64,000 bases of DNA from Neodothiora populina (GCF_041146345.1 NW_027191413.1:1240001-1304000), one strand, 5' to 3'; counted from the first letter of the stretch, positions 18,957-32,900 are shown. Notes: a model not told the origin generated them from the sequence alone. A program made the numbers and translations.

Positions 18957-21937
18957 AGGGGTGTCCTTGATGACATACTTGATGCCTTTGCCCTTTGGAG
19001 TGGATGGCGGCCGGGGAGAGGTGGACGACAGCCTTTTGCTTCTTGTCTTTGGTTTTTGCCATTGTGATTGCTGTGTATGCGCGGACAAGAGAAGCCTGGC
19101 TATGTCGTTTCTGTGAGACAGAAAAAGCTGGCAATATAGTGGTGCGGTGTTACGCCGCGATATTGTTGAATCTCAAGGTGTTGGTTGGTATCGTTCTCGT
19201 TCTCACATGCGTGTGGTCGTCCAATGGGTCCATGGAGTCTGTCTTTGCGACCATCAATGTTGACAGTCTACGTTGGCAGCCATACTCGAGTCGCAGCAGC
19301 TTCGCATACCTGATTTATCTGCACAACGGAATTTAGGCTGCCTGTTCGAGGCTTGGGACGCTTGCCTACCTGCACTGTAGTCACCAGTAAAGAAACATCT
19401 CTGAAGTCACGTCGATGTAGCGACCACATAGCGCATCCAGTTCCCTATCATACCTTGTCTTCTTCAATGGGTTCGCTGACTTATACATGCCATTCTTGAG
19501 ACAACAAACCCAGTCAGTGCTTGTCGCATCTGATAGTTACTATACACCATAGGTACCCTACCTTACAGGCGACATTAGTATAGAATGGAAGACATTCGAG
19601 ATGCTTGGCTGACCTTCTGCCTTGATTCTGCCAGTATGGTCTTCGAAACACACGACCATCTTGCTCCTCGAAAGATCTTCCTCCTCACTAAGATATGCCA
19701 TACGAAAACATATCTCATTCACGACCTCAGAACAACACCAGCACCCACGTCTTCTTGTCCTCCTTCACATGCATTACAAGAACCCTCCCCAAGTCTCGCG
19801 TTGATATCAACACCATGGAACCATTTCTGACTCACCATGAAGAGCACAAATCAGCACAAGAACAATCACAAAGCACAATCACCCGTACTGCTCCTCCCTA
19901 CGCCACTCTTTCTAGAAGGCAGATAGAGTAAATTCGCACGAACACGTTTCACCACTCCTAGGACATGTCACAATATATTGCTGACGAGTCCCCCATTCCC
20001 AGCCCGCCATCCAGCATAGACTCCAGAGAAAAAGTCTAGAATAGGATGTTATATTGCACTCGCAGCATAGACCAGTAAGTCCTGCGTACGTCACTCGTTT
20101 CAGGATACGAGGGGTGGATATTGTGGATGTACGTGTACCTTTTTTCCTTTTGGTTTGTCGATAGGAGCAGAGATACCTTGTAGATGGATAGGGGGATGGA
20201 CGAGAAAAGGAAACAGAAAAGGGGACAGAAGGTATAGAATGTAGGCTGTACAATATAGCATGGCATATGCGAGAAGCAGAGGGAGTGGGGGGTGTATTGG
20301 TTCTTGTAATGCATAGGTATTTAGACACTATTTCTACCATCTACATTGAAGAGAAATAAGCACAAAGAATTACCAACACTCCTGTTTAATAGGGGCAAAG
20401 CAACACAAGAACGATCAAGTCAGGCGATATATCTTGCGAACCTCCTCTGTCAATATGCATGAATAAGGTAACGCAGATACATCACCTCCGGTATGCATAG
20501 TGTACAAGGACTCGAGCACAAAACGAAAAGAATAAGCACAACACAAGAGACAAGCACAGCACAACCTAAAGTCCTCGCCCTCTCGTCTCGCAGACACAAC
20601 CATCCTTCCTTCCTTCCTCCCTCCTCTTCTCAGCACCTTATACGCGAGACTCGAAAAGAAGAAAACTAACATCCTCTGTCGATCCAAAACTCGCTGATAT
20701 ACATTTGCCATGATGTAAACGCTGATACAATGCGAAGTGAAGTCAAGTGATTTACATTTGATGTGTTATGATCACGATAATCCTCGGCTTGCTCAGATCT
20801 GCATGATCGTTGTGATGATTTCTTTCTTGAAACGCCCGCCCTGGGGGATGTGATGAAGCTGTGCGTGTATATGGCGATCGTCATAATCGTTACTTGTGGA
20901 TCGGGTTTTCCTGTAGAGTTTGCTTGGAGTGTACAGAATTGTAGTAGTAGTAGTACCTTGGTAGTAGTAAATCTACGATAATCGACCTATGTGCCAGAGT
21001 GGAAAACATATAATGTTTTCTAAATGGGTTATTTATTTCCGTTACTTACGTTCTAGCTTGGCTCTTACTGCGCGGGAGGTGGAGCTACGCCATGGCATAC
21101 AGCTTCACAAGGTCTCCAAAGATGCTTACACACCCCTCTCGCGAGCATTGCAACACGATGCCATGTCATCCAACCTTGCAACAACAGTCATGGACAAGGG
21201 TGCCCACGAACAGAGCTGATAGTTACAGTAGACTGACAACGTAGATGATCTGGAATACAAGAGATGAAAATGGTAGGGGCGAGGTTGGAGCGGGGATATA
21301 CGGACAGGGTTGCCCTCGAGTCGCTCGACTTGGGTGGCTAGAATGATGAGGGAAAAGACAGCAGAGACGAAAGAAACAATAGACTAGCCAATGCTCTTAT
21401 CACGGGCTTGTGCAATGCTTTCATCATGGATAGACAGGCTTTATCTGGGTCAGAGAGTGTCTACGTCGCCGGCTGGAAGATTGGCCGAAAGTGACCGGAT
21501 GATTGAGTGGAAGACTGAATGGAAGACTGGCTCATAGGCATCGTCAATTGGTACAAGAGTGCTACCGTTACTACCACCACTGCTGCTGTATCACGCCCGA
21601 GCGTCTCTGATTCTCTTTGATGGTTATTTCTTTCAATCCTGGATTCTAAAACATGTCCCGCCTTTCCCCTTCTACCCTGTTGACCTACTTACAGGGGCCG
21701 ACGAGTGGATCCGCGATCACTGACCCAACGCAAGACCTTCTGGTTGAATACTAGCGTATTAGTCTTTTGGGGATGCAATGGGACTTGCTTTTTGGTGTAT
21801 ATATGTGCCCAATTGGGATCCTCGACGTTATCTGCCATGATCCCCATGCAGCGGCGGTTGAACGGCCACGGGGGGTTTTGCTCATCGTCATGCTCTGCTT
21901 GAAGAGCACACACAAGCATACACACACACACACACAC

Positions 21938-22694
21938 CTATGACTCTGCGCTCTCCTCGGTGAAAGCCTTATAAGCAGCCTCATCCATCAACTCGTCCAA
22001 CTCGGCCTTGTCGGAAACCTTGATCTTGGCCAACCACCCCTCCCCCTCGGGGTCCTTGTTGATGTTGCCGGGCTTGTCCTCGAGGACGGAGTTTGCCTCG
22101 ACGACGACTCCCGACACGGGCGTCATGATGTCTGAGGCGGATTTGACGGATTCGACGGCGCCGATGGAGTCGCCGATGCCCACTTCGAGGTCGGCGGTGG
22201 GGAGCTCGACGAAGACGACGTCGCCGAGCGCGTGGGCTGCGTACACGCTGATTCCGATGGTGCCTGGATGCAAAGTTAGCTTGGTATTGATTGGAGTTGA
22301 CGAGATTTGTTCTTCATGATGCGGCATGTGGGAGTTGTAGTAGAGAAGAAATGACGTGGACTATCTCAATTGCGGAAGGTGTAGCGGCTGTGCCTCAGAA
22401 CGACATAACCTACCGACATCGCCGGCCTCGTCCATCTCAATCCATTCGTGGTCAGGCGTGTACTTTTTGACCTGAGCTGTAGCGCTACGTCAGCGGAATG
22501 CCTCTTGATTTTCCGATCCTCATCAGATACAAGGCAAGAAAGCACATACAGGCGATGGAGCTAGAGAAAGGTCTCACGGCCTCCTGGGCAGTGAATCGCG
22601 GCGCAAGAGAAGCTGCTCTCGCAAAGGGAGCGAGTCTGGGAGCGCATTGCACCGAGCGACGGAGGAGTGTGTTTGCGACTGCTGCAGCTGCCAT
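21938..22694 (-). CDS. GCV3: Glycine cleavage system H protein, mitochondrial
   Basis: Exons 22694-22550, 22476-22414 and 22263-21938. Arg/Ala-rich mitochondrial presequence, KKYTPDHEWIE, and the lipoyl-lysine motif GAVESVKSASDI. Confidence 0.96.
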
Positions 22695-23128
22695 GTTTGC
22701 GATTTATGAGGTGTGAGGAGACAAGTAATACAGGAAGGTAGTAACTTTTTCGATGGTGAATGGAGAAGGAACAAGAAAAGAAAGACACTGGTCACTGTGG
22801 AATCACGCCAATCGAATCACAAGTTTACCTGAGGAGCTTTGTTTCTTGACTGTAGCTTTCGCTTCTTCTTATCGTTCTGTTGTACTTGACGCAATCTCTC
22901 GCCCGAGAGACCCTGGAAGTTGGTATGGTTTGGACCCTGACTGGTCTCTGACATGCAGGTGCCTGACCGAGTGAGAGTGGTGACCTCAGGCTGCCGCTGC
23001 CGATGATCTTATCGATAAGATGACAATATCTCTTGGCATCTCGACTTTCGAGACTTTGAGTGTTGTAGAACCAAAAGAGAGACACAAGAAGAAGTAGTTG
23101 TACACAAACCACTCACAACGTCGCAATA

Positions 23129-23644
23129 ATGCTATACGAACTCATTGGAATCGTGAGTCTCGTACTCACGCATAATCAAACGAGACTACTTGCTGACACA
23201 AGACCCCAGGTGCGACCAGGCAACCTCGCCGAAGTCAGAGAGTCAGTCACCACCACCACCAACACCACCTCACCCCATCCAGACAGGCCATGGTCCCCAG
23301 AACAAAACCAGTGAGCTGACCCTCGTCCACACAGAATCGCCAAAACAACCGGCACCCAGATCCTCTCCGCCGGCGGCGTCGTGCGCGGCATAACGAACTG
23401 GGGCATCTTCCGGCTGCCCAAGCCGGCGCGAAAGCACAAGACTCTGCACCACGCGGGCCACTACTTCATCGTGCGCTTCGACAGCAGCGCGCGCACCCAG
23501 CACGCCGTACGCAGGACGCTGGGTCTCGACCCCAGGATGATCAGGTATTCGGTCGTTAAGATGGGGGATAAACTCAGTGAGACGGCGGGGATTGCGGGTC
23601 TCGCTGAGTGGCCGGGGAGTAAGGAGCGGGAGAGGGATATCTAG
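23129..23644 (+). CDS. MRP17: Mitochondrial small-subunit ribosomal protein bS6m
   Basis: Exons 23129-23152, 23210-23241 and 23335-23644 give MLYELIGIVRPGNLAEVREIAKTTGTQILSAGGVVRGITNWG...GHYFIVRFDSS...LDPRMIRYSVVK, a ribosomal S6 family sequence. Confidence 0.92.
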
Positions 23645-24221
23645 ATCTACGGATATGTGTGAGAGGGGAAGAAGAAGAGAGAGAGAGAGGTGGTGTATTA
23701 TATCATGGGGTCCGGATGCTGGAGAGTTACGGATCGACGACCCTCTTCTCCATTCCGACGGGCGTTCTTGGGCGCAAAACGGGAACTCGATTGATTGTTG
23801 TTGTTGAGAAGTAAGAGAGAAGACGAAGGCCGAAGAACAGAGCTCAATTCTTCTTCTTTTCATCTGTCCGTTGCCTCGAAGAGAACGGATCCACGGATCA
23901 GACAAAGGCAAAGTAGCACGAGACATCATCTAGATGGCAACATACGAAAATCAAAATGTACCAAAATTATCATCTTTTATTGATGTCTTTATCCTTTTAG
24001 TCATCTCCGATCCCGTCGCCGTCAATAGTGACAAGCTGGGGTAGAAGTGCTTCAGCTATACAAGAGAACAAGAAGGCTCCGACTTCATGCTGTTGGTAAT
24101 CTCTATTTCTTTTTCACATCCCCCTTCTCCCCGCCTCTCAATACTTCGAAACGTGCCGACCCTCTACACTGTCAGAATATCGTCTAGAAAACTGCCCTGT
24201 CGTGTCCTGCTCATTGTCGTC

Positions 24222-27200
24222 TCATGTGAACATTTGACTCGTCGTCTTTGGTCCCGTCGGTTGCTCGTCGACCTAAAATGTCCCACATTAGCTCAAGAGG
24301 TCCCAAAACAAAAGTTCTACAGCGTGTCGACGCGACTCACCTCCAAGAACCCACTCGCACTGATCAGCACCGTGAACCCATCCACGAGCTCTTCGAGCGC
24401 CTTTCTGCCCTCCGTCGATAACTTCTCACCCCGGTTCGCAGCCTTGAACACGCCTTGCATGCACTGTCTGTTGTCATTGAGAAACTGTCTCGCCTGCGCG
24501 ATGATCTGCTGGTTCCGTGGTCCCTTGGTGATGACAACACTGACAATCACCCGCAGCAGCGACGTCAGTAGCCTGTAGAAATTCTCTAGTGCTTCGGCGT
24601 TGTCCACGTCTAGCCCGATATCTGGGTCAGTGGCGAACAGCTGGCTGTCGCGAATTGCAGAGAACAACCCGCTTTCCAGTATGGCTGTGGCCCCGTCGTT
24701 GCTTTGTGATGCCCGAAGTAATACTGCGAGTCCGGTATGTACATATGATAGCAGTGTCGTGAGATCCTGCCCCGCTCTTTGCTCCGAGAACTCAGCCGCG
24801 ATGGCGCGGATGCTGTCTACAAGAACAGAAATAAAATTCAGTCTGCTCAGGGATCGGATGATGTAGCTTGACTTTGCGCCCTGGAAGAGCTGGATAGATA
24901 CCTCAATGGCCAGCAGCGCCGAAATCCTACATGTGCCTTGGCTTGACAAGGCGTCTTCGCAGATGGTGTCGACGAGTCGCTCGCCACCATGCTCGATGGT
25001 CTTGGCGCTTTGTCGAAGCATGGGCGCGGCATTGCCAGCCGGGAGAACAACCTCCTTCAGGAAGTGTCTGATGATCTGATAGCACGTCTCCCGTAGCTCG
25101 CCTGTCCCGGTGGCACTGGCGACTCCTCGGAGAGCGGTACGGAATGCGTGAGTGAGTCGATCATTCGCTGCATTACCATCTCTGGTCGATGCGGCAGCTG
25201 CACTCGTGTCTGCGACACGGACCAGGTTGTATGTAAGACGAGCTAGAGGCAGTGTGACTGGTGAGTCTTCGATCAGCGTCTTGTCGAGCTTGGGCAAGAC
25301 GATCTGCAATGCTTGTAGCACCAGTGCTGTCTTAGGTGCAGGCTCGAAGTCGCCCATCGCAAGCATCAGGGCCACAAGCTGCACCCATGCGTTGAGAGCG
25401 GAACGCTGTCCGGCTAGTCCAGCCGCGTACTGGTTCTCCGACTGAAAGCACAACATTACGGCATCAGCCTCGGCCGAACACTGCTGTGCCGCCGCTGAAT
25501 CGGTCAATTGTCCACTCTTGTGCAGCTCCGCTTCCTTTAGCAGCAAGAGTTCTTTGACAAGCCTTAGGTCATACACCGTGCCTCGGTCGGGGTTTTCTGT
25601 CCTGCATATACTGAAATCGATGCTACCGACGAATTTACGCTCAGTCATTTGGAAGGGCAACGCTACGTCGAGGTCGATGAAGTCGAACATCTCGAATATT
25701 GACGCATGCTGGATCTGCTCTCCGGATGCAATTGTCGTGATCCCCAGCAATGATGCAACAATCTTCTGTCGCAGCGTAGGCGAGTTGCGCTGGACTGTTG
25801 ACCGTATCTCCAGCGATGCATGCTCGAAGAACGCGGTGCGTTGTACAAGGAAATCGCGGAAGACAGGCGCCGAATCTGACGAGAGAAATTCTGGGTCCGC
25901 GCAAGTCCTTCCACACCATAGCGTATCTGGGCTGATGGACTGCTGTGTGACAGCAACAGCATCGGCATACCCGGACTCTCGAAGGTCGTCCAGCACCAGT
26001 CGTTCCGTGAGAGGCGATCTCACAAGCTTATGAATGATCTGGCAAGACGTACGTCGAATTGCAGACAACCAGGCAAGCGAGTTCGACTGGCCAAGGCTGA
26101 TGGTATCGGCAGATAGCTTTGCTACAGCATGGAATAGCGACCCTCCTCGAGAAAAGAGGCCTTCAGGTGGTACGCTAACCGTTCTTTCTCCACAAGTGAA
26201 GCCAAGCAAACAATGCGCAAGTGCCGGCCTGTTCGACGACATTTCGAGGGAAGTATTCAGCAAGTCGAGAATCGCTTGTTTGATGGCTATGCCAGGGCCA
26301 AGCTCTCCCATTTCGAGCTCGCGGGGATCAAGTTGTAGCGGCGCAATGAATCCCAGAGCAATGCGATCAACATCATAGTCTTGCTGTAGAGCTGCGAGAA
26401 CACGACTCCCAGCATGTGCAGCACCAGAACTTATCGACAACTTGCGCGCGGTCGCGAGACTCTGTAGGAGATGGAGTGAGAGCATGGTCAAATCTTGATG
26501 CCCAGTCCCACAATAGAGGCCAAGATCCACGATAAGATTGACATGGTTTAAAATGACGTCCTCGAAGGATGCAAGCGCTGGGTTAGCAATCGTCCTCTCA
26601 CGCCCTTGTGATTGTAATTTGATCACTGGTCTGACAATATCGAAGTAGGTGCTCTGAAGCTTCAGCACGAGGTTGATGACCTGGATGCTTCGACACAAGG
26701 CCACTACGCGCGGAGATCCTGGAGCAGCACTTGCTACAGTCACAATCTCCTCGTGAGCTGCTGCGAATAGTGCTGCAGCTACACCATCGTTGAACAGCCA
26801 CTCCATGACGCGCGCAAAGGGATGTAATCGTACGTACGCTGCGAGTGTTGATGTTGAGATAACAGAGTCAACAGGCAGGTTGGTGCTGTTGGCGAAAATC
26901 ACCAGGTCTTCGTTGAAAGTGGACAGACACGTGACGATAAAGTCGAGACATGTGCATCTCAGCTCCCAGATCTGATTTGTCTCCATCAAGTCGAGCGTCT
27001 TTTTAGCAAACACACGGTCGAGCACAAAGTCAACGTATTCTTCGATTCCTGGCATGCGGTACTGAGTACCCAGCTGTTCTGGAAAAGGTAGCAGATCACC
27101 CAGATCGGTTTGCTCTGCCGAGGGTGACACCATGACGTGCAAAAGTCGTGTGAATGCATTCGGCTCATCAAAACCCATTGCAATTGCCTCAAGGCGAGCT

Positions 27201-29297
27201 TTGCCTTCCATGGATGGATTAGATGGGGATTGGACCTTTTGTGTGCCGGGTTTGGCAGGAGCTACAGGTATACCGTGCAGCCAGCTATCAAGAACCTCCC
27301 ACATAGAGTTGCTAGCTTCTCCGATCTTGTCAGTCAATAACGCTGCAATGCATGAGTATATGCAAGCTCGCAGGCGCGTGGTGACGTTTGATCTGGCTGC
27401 CAATTCCAGGAGAATCTCGTGTAAGTGAACTGTCGGGTGACCGAGAATGAACATTCGCGCATTTTCGCTCTTTCTGCACATGTGGGCGATCAGGCGAAGA
27501 TAGCATTCGAGCATGAGCTCGCTCTCTGGTTCAACGATAGGCACTGACAGCTCGGCCGTCTTCTCGGTGGGTCCTGGTGCATAAAAGCTGAGCTCGTTGA
27601 ATATCTGCACCCAACTCAGCGGGGCTCCCCTTCGGAGCTTCGCCGAGGTCGTGGTGGCATCTTCCAGCAAGAACTTGTGCGCAGCGTCCGCACACTCCTG
27701 ATCTTCGGCAATGGATCTGAACATTTCGCAGAAGGTAGCCGCTCGGGGGGTAGACTGTCTCTTTGACGCCCATTGTAGGAACCCGTACAGATTACCATCA
27801 GGGTCCGACCAGAATGACTGAGCAGCATCCGGGAAGCCTTGGAATGCGTATGAGATGATAAGTAGGAACCGCTCCAAGTGAAGACTGTACTGTGATCCCC
27901 CATGTGGTGCTCGAGTGCTCATGTTCCTCCTTTGCTCGTCCTCTTCAAACTTGAGTCTCCTGATCGTGTCCGGCATATTGCTAATGAAAGCATCAGAGAA
28001 GAGTTGGAGACTCTGGGATAGCAACTCTTGGAAATAGTCGGAAGCATGCAGAGCACTGTTACGCTGGCTCTCGACACCTCGAAGGAGGAAGGCAACTAGA
28101 TCGGCTTTGGCGGGGTCATGCCATTCCTCAGCGCGAATCTGGGAGCAGAGCAGAAGAATGAACTCCAGCGCGCCGTTTTGGATTGAATCCATGAGACGTT
28201 TCGATCTTGTCTCGGACTCGGCTTCCAGGTCGACACCTCGCAGGGAATCATCAACGGGAGGCTCGATATATCTACTGCTGTACTCGGCAAGCCAGAAGGC
28301 CGAAGCGGCTGCTCGGAATTCAGTGAGTTTCCATCGTGAGTTGTTGGTGGTGTCCGAAAAAGTTTGGTCAAGACCTCTCGCGTCTGTGATTGTGGTAGTG
28401 CTGTCCAATGGCCCAAATGCGGAGGCGAGGCTGATGAGAGCGGGAACATAATGCAGAACAATGCTATCCACCTTGTCCAAAACGGAGGTTTTGCTCATCA
28501 GGAACTGGTAGTCGTGGATTTGCGCATGGCCCTCTTTCGCCAGTCCTGATAAAATAGCGCCAAGCGACTCGTGTTGCTTAAGCAGGCTGTCTCTTTCGAA
28601 CTCAAGAGCTTCCAGAGCATAACCCATTACCGACTGCCCAATGACAGAAGCACTCTGCAACCTGTCCTGTATCTTCCGCAGCCACTCTTCGATCTCGCCC
28701 ATGGAGACGATGCATTTTCTGAAGAATTTCCAACCTGAATTGGGCTGTTCGCCCTGAGTGACAAGACGCGCCACTTGGCCAAAGACTTCGCGGTGTTCTG
28801 GTTCCAGATCCAATTCTCCAGACTGTTGGATGGAGAGTCGCAAAGCATGCAGCAGTGTCTCTCTCTGGCCATGGAAGCGGAAAATAGCAGCCAGGCTCAC
28901 GGGCCTGTCGATCTCGACTGCTGTGTCCCGTGATTGAAGGTACAGTTTGGCTGCCTCAAGCTCGTCCAAGTCCAATTCGTCCGCAACCTGAATGACATCT
29001 TCGCGGAACTCATTGTTAATGCTGTATTCCACATCGTCGATGGTTACGGTATCTACACAAGTCAGCGCCTGTGCTACAACTCATTAGCTGGCGCATATAC
29101 GTACTGCCCTTGAGCGCCTGCCTGCTCTTATCGTTCCTCTGCTGCTTCTCGAGAAGCTTCCGGAAGTCTGAAATGCTACCCTCCAGTTCAGCCCATAACC
29201 GCTCTAGATTAGCGAGACGAGCCTCGGAGAATGCGACAAGATCGGCCTGTAGACCTTGAAGCATGGTAAGTGTATCATCTTCTTCCATGCTCGACAT
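24222..29297 (-). CDS. NUP192: Nucleoporin Nup192/Nup205 family
   Basis: Exons 29297-29105, 29052-24341 and 24272-24222, about 1650 aa and helical. Family motifs include EYSINNEF...ADELDLDELEAA, FWSDPDGNLYGFLQWAS, LPFPEQLGTQYRMPGIEEYVDFV and YVRLHPFARVMEWLF. Confidence 0.93.
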
Positions 29298-29904
29298 GGA
29301 CGTGAGCCAGGTCCGTAGAATCGAATCACTGCACACTTAGACAATTCAACACATAGAGCGAGAATAACAACCTGTCCCTTCCTTGCTGAGTCGACCAAAT
29401 GTCCAGCTTGGCGTGGCTCCTGATACAATACTTGTATATTGTTGCTCAGAAGAAAGATAAATTGGCTGCGTTTACATGTCACTACGCGCTCGAGCTTTGC
29501 GCGTAACCTCCAAATGCCAAGCCTGTGTCGGTAACCATGCCGCCGAGCCCTCCTCTTGAGTCAGGCAAGGCAAACACCTACTGCATATCAGGCCGAGGCC
29601 AGGTCTGATGAACACTTACCTGCGATGCAATCAAGGACATTCCCAGTCCGAGTTTCGTCGCTGTGGAGATTCCCAGCAGCTGAAACCTTTAGGGAGTTGA
29701 GAATGACAGAGTAATCCATTCATTCAACTGCGACGGATTCATATGTCATACAACACCCCTACATTTAAGTCTCTACAATGTCTTCCGTTATGACCTATCT
29801 ACAATTCTGAGACTATGATCAATGAATAATTCTCTTTCATGTCTTCCGTGATCTGGTTATGAGTAAGACACTGAAGCACCTTCTCAAAGCCAGGGTTCGC
29901 TATC

Positions 29905-32900
29905 ATGAGCTCCAACGGAACGAGCAACGGCCACATCTCCATGATGGAGGCGTTGAGTAATGCTGTCCGGTGTAACCCGAGTCGAACAATATCGGCAGGC
30001 TAACCTTCGTAGGCCACATCGAATCTCGTACGACCAAGGATAGGACCCATGGTCTTGCCGAACTCAAACACATCCTACAGCATAACCGGGACAACCCTGA
30101 ACTGGATAACTTTGATGACAAGTCCTTTCATAAGATCTTCGAGGTCCTCTTCGTCGTTACTTCTAACGAACGGGCTATCTACTTGAAGAGCAAAAGCTCT
30201 TCTGACAAAGTTCAAACTGCGTCTAGTAATCGTTTCTCGAATTGTTCTCAAACTCTGCGACTTGCAGTTGAGCGCGGTGCACGTAGAATCCGCATCAGGA
30301 CTCTCAAAGCACTCTTCGATCACATTTTCGAGACCTTGCTCGATCCACAAGGTAACTGTTGTGAGCCTATCGCCTCGGACTACGCGAGGTGTCTCTCCAC
30401 TGTCCTCGCTTATGAGCCTCATGTTGAGCATCTGAAGGAGGCGCAGTGGCACCGAGTCACCTCCTTTTGTCTCGACAGACTCGTTTCCGCCGTGCCGGCG
30501 GAAGCGACGAGTGTTTCCTTTCCAGCTAGATCGACCGCTCAATCATTCACAAGCAGGCTGAGTGGGCCATCCTTCCAATCTATTGCAAGTACATCTCACT
30601 CCGCTTCGGTGACTACAGGAAGCGTGCCAAAGAAGGCACTGGATGAGTTTGTAGCATGTCTACGGTATCTCACCTCCCCACCATCAGCACCAGTCGTGCA
30701 GAGAGGTCAGAGTGTCATCTCCACGATCTTGCAGTATGTGAACGCTACTCAGTCTGTAAGCTCGGGATTGGTGCATGCCCTGGCCACCGTAAATAATGTC
30801 CTAATGCAAATCCGCGTTGAGAAGACTCAAGCGACTATGGCGTTTGTCCAGCCTTGTCTACAGATCATTCGAAGTGTGTGGGGCTCCAAGCTTGTCACAG
30901 CTAAGAATGAATCTCTAATCATGCTTGTCCTGCTACAGCCTTATGTTCGACGCCTTTGCGAGTATGAGGTCGATGAATCATTCAAGGAGGACCTAGATGG
31001 CATGATTGATACCATAAGGACCGAGTACTCAAGGAGAGATGCAAAAGACCAGCTTCGATTAGAAGACATTCGACTATCATGCGCAATGGATCCTCGATTC
31101 AGAGATCTTTCCTCCCCTCTTTTCAGCCTACGAGATGGTGATGCAGCATCGGTCAACGTACTGAACGGCGAGCATAATTGGACATTGCTTCGCATTCTGT
31201 GTGACTTCATGCTTCGTCTCAGTACAGGGCACGAGAACCAGAGTGCCGATCGTGTGGAGCCTCGAGAGGGCGCGGCGAAGAAGCGACAGAAACTGACACA
31301 CTGGTCCGACAACATTCCAGAGTGGCTCAGCCATTCGCACGTTTTCGCCAGACTAAGCGCGCTGCAATTCATCTGTTTTACCGCGCAGTCCACTGCCGTC
31401 AGTGAATTTGCCCTTGAGCGGCTGGTGACAAGATTGATCGCCTTGTGCTCGTCTGAACATCATTTGACTTCTTCTTGGGCGCTGCTAGCCCTGGCCAGGT
31501 AAGGTTGCATAAAAAAAGGGTCAAGCCAAATGTATAGCTGATCATCACAGTTGTGCCATGCAGCTCACGGCCACGGCCAAAGATCTGAGTAGAATTTGGA
31601 CCTCCGCTTGGAGCCTTGCAATACGACTAATGAATACTGCTTCGACATGTAGAGCATCATGTCATCTTCTACAAGTATTGGCACTTACCAACTTGGTTGG
31701 ACGAGCATCTGTCCTCGAGGCTTGCGACATGATAGTCACTTCTGTCGAGGTCAACGGGCCTTCAGCACTTTCAGATGCTGCTATATCATTCCTGATTTTT
31801 GTTATTGGACGGCTGGAGGAAGAGAATCTCCGCTCCTCGAGGGACAGCGCGGAACGAGTACTCACGTGGTTGTTCCGCATTTGGTCTCCAAGTAAGCGCA
31901 CAAGAGTTGCGTACTAGCTCCTTACTCATACTGACCGTGCAAAGGCAGTTTCCTGGACAAGACAACAGCTTCGCAAAACGCTACTGTCGAACCGTTAGAT
32001 CTGTTAAGACTTATCGATGCGTGTTTGGGTCGTAGTGACATGCGACCACCTTATCAAAGCCTACCAGTCTGGGGCCCCGTAGCTCAAGCGTGGATTCTAC
32101 ACGAACGAGACTGCAAGCTCCTTGGGTACATGCTACTTGCGAAAGACCTGCCCGCATCCATAGTAACTCTTCCAAAGCCCGGCGAATCACACGGTATCAA
32201 GGTCTCGTCAAGTCTAGCCACTGAATCACTTGCTATGGGACTCTGCAACACTGAGGTGAATCGTGCGATTGAGCAATTCCAAGCTGGTCAGGAGCAGCGA
32301 GGGACGAGTCTAAACCACGACATGGTCAGAACTATCGGCAGTCTGATCATAGTGGCGGAATGCCTGGGTCGCTGCCAAACCATCCGCGACGTCCGAAGAG
32401 CGTCTCAGCTATGTTCAGGCAATGGTAAACTTCTTGATCTGCTGTTCCATGAACTTGCGGCACCGACGTGTGAAAAAGACAATGTCGACGCACTTTGCCA
32501 GCTGCTAGCTCACTCCATTGCTCTATCTGATGCATCGGCTGATGCAAAAGGCCCCTGCCATCAATGCTTACCTCCGCTTTGCGATCGGCTCACTCCTTTG
32601 CTTTCATCGATGGTGGAGGGAAAAGACGCCGACGACTTGACCATTGGTGATGGCTTTGACGATGGAATGGATGTCGATACGTACTTCCCAACCCAGACCG
32701 CGTCAAGGGCAAGGCACTCGAGCCAGGCAGACCATCCTCGTAAACTTGTACAGAGCGCTTTCCATCCAGCAACGCAAAAAATGGGTCTAATCGTGTATGC
32801 TAAAGTCATGCAAGAAGTTCATCTTTCGGTGCATAGGACAGACATTGACCAGACCGCATTGGACACCCTGACCAGCTTACTAGTCGGGCTCAATGATTCT

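Noticed and set aside
29601..29690. Box C/D snoRNA-like pattern (TGATGA...CTGA about 80 nt apart, with AGGT/ACCT flanks)
   Set aside because: The C box lacks the 5' purine, the terminal stem is out of register for a K-turn, and I could not identify an rRNA-complementary guide. A snoscan or Infernal hit would be needed.
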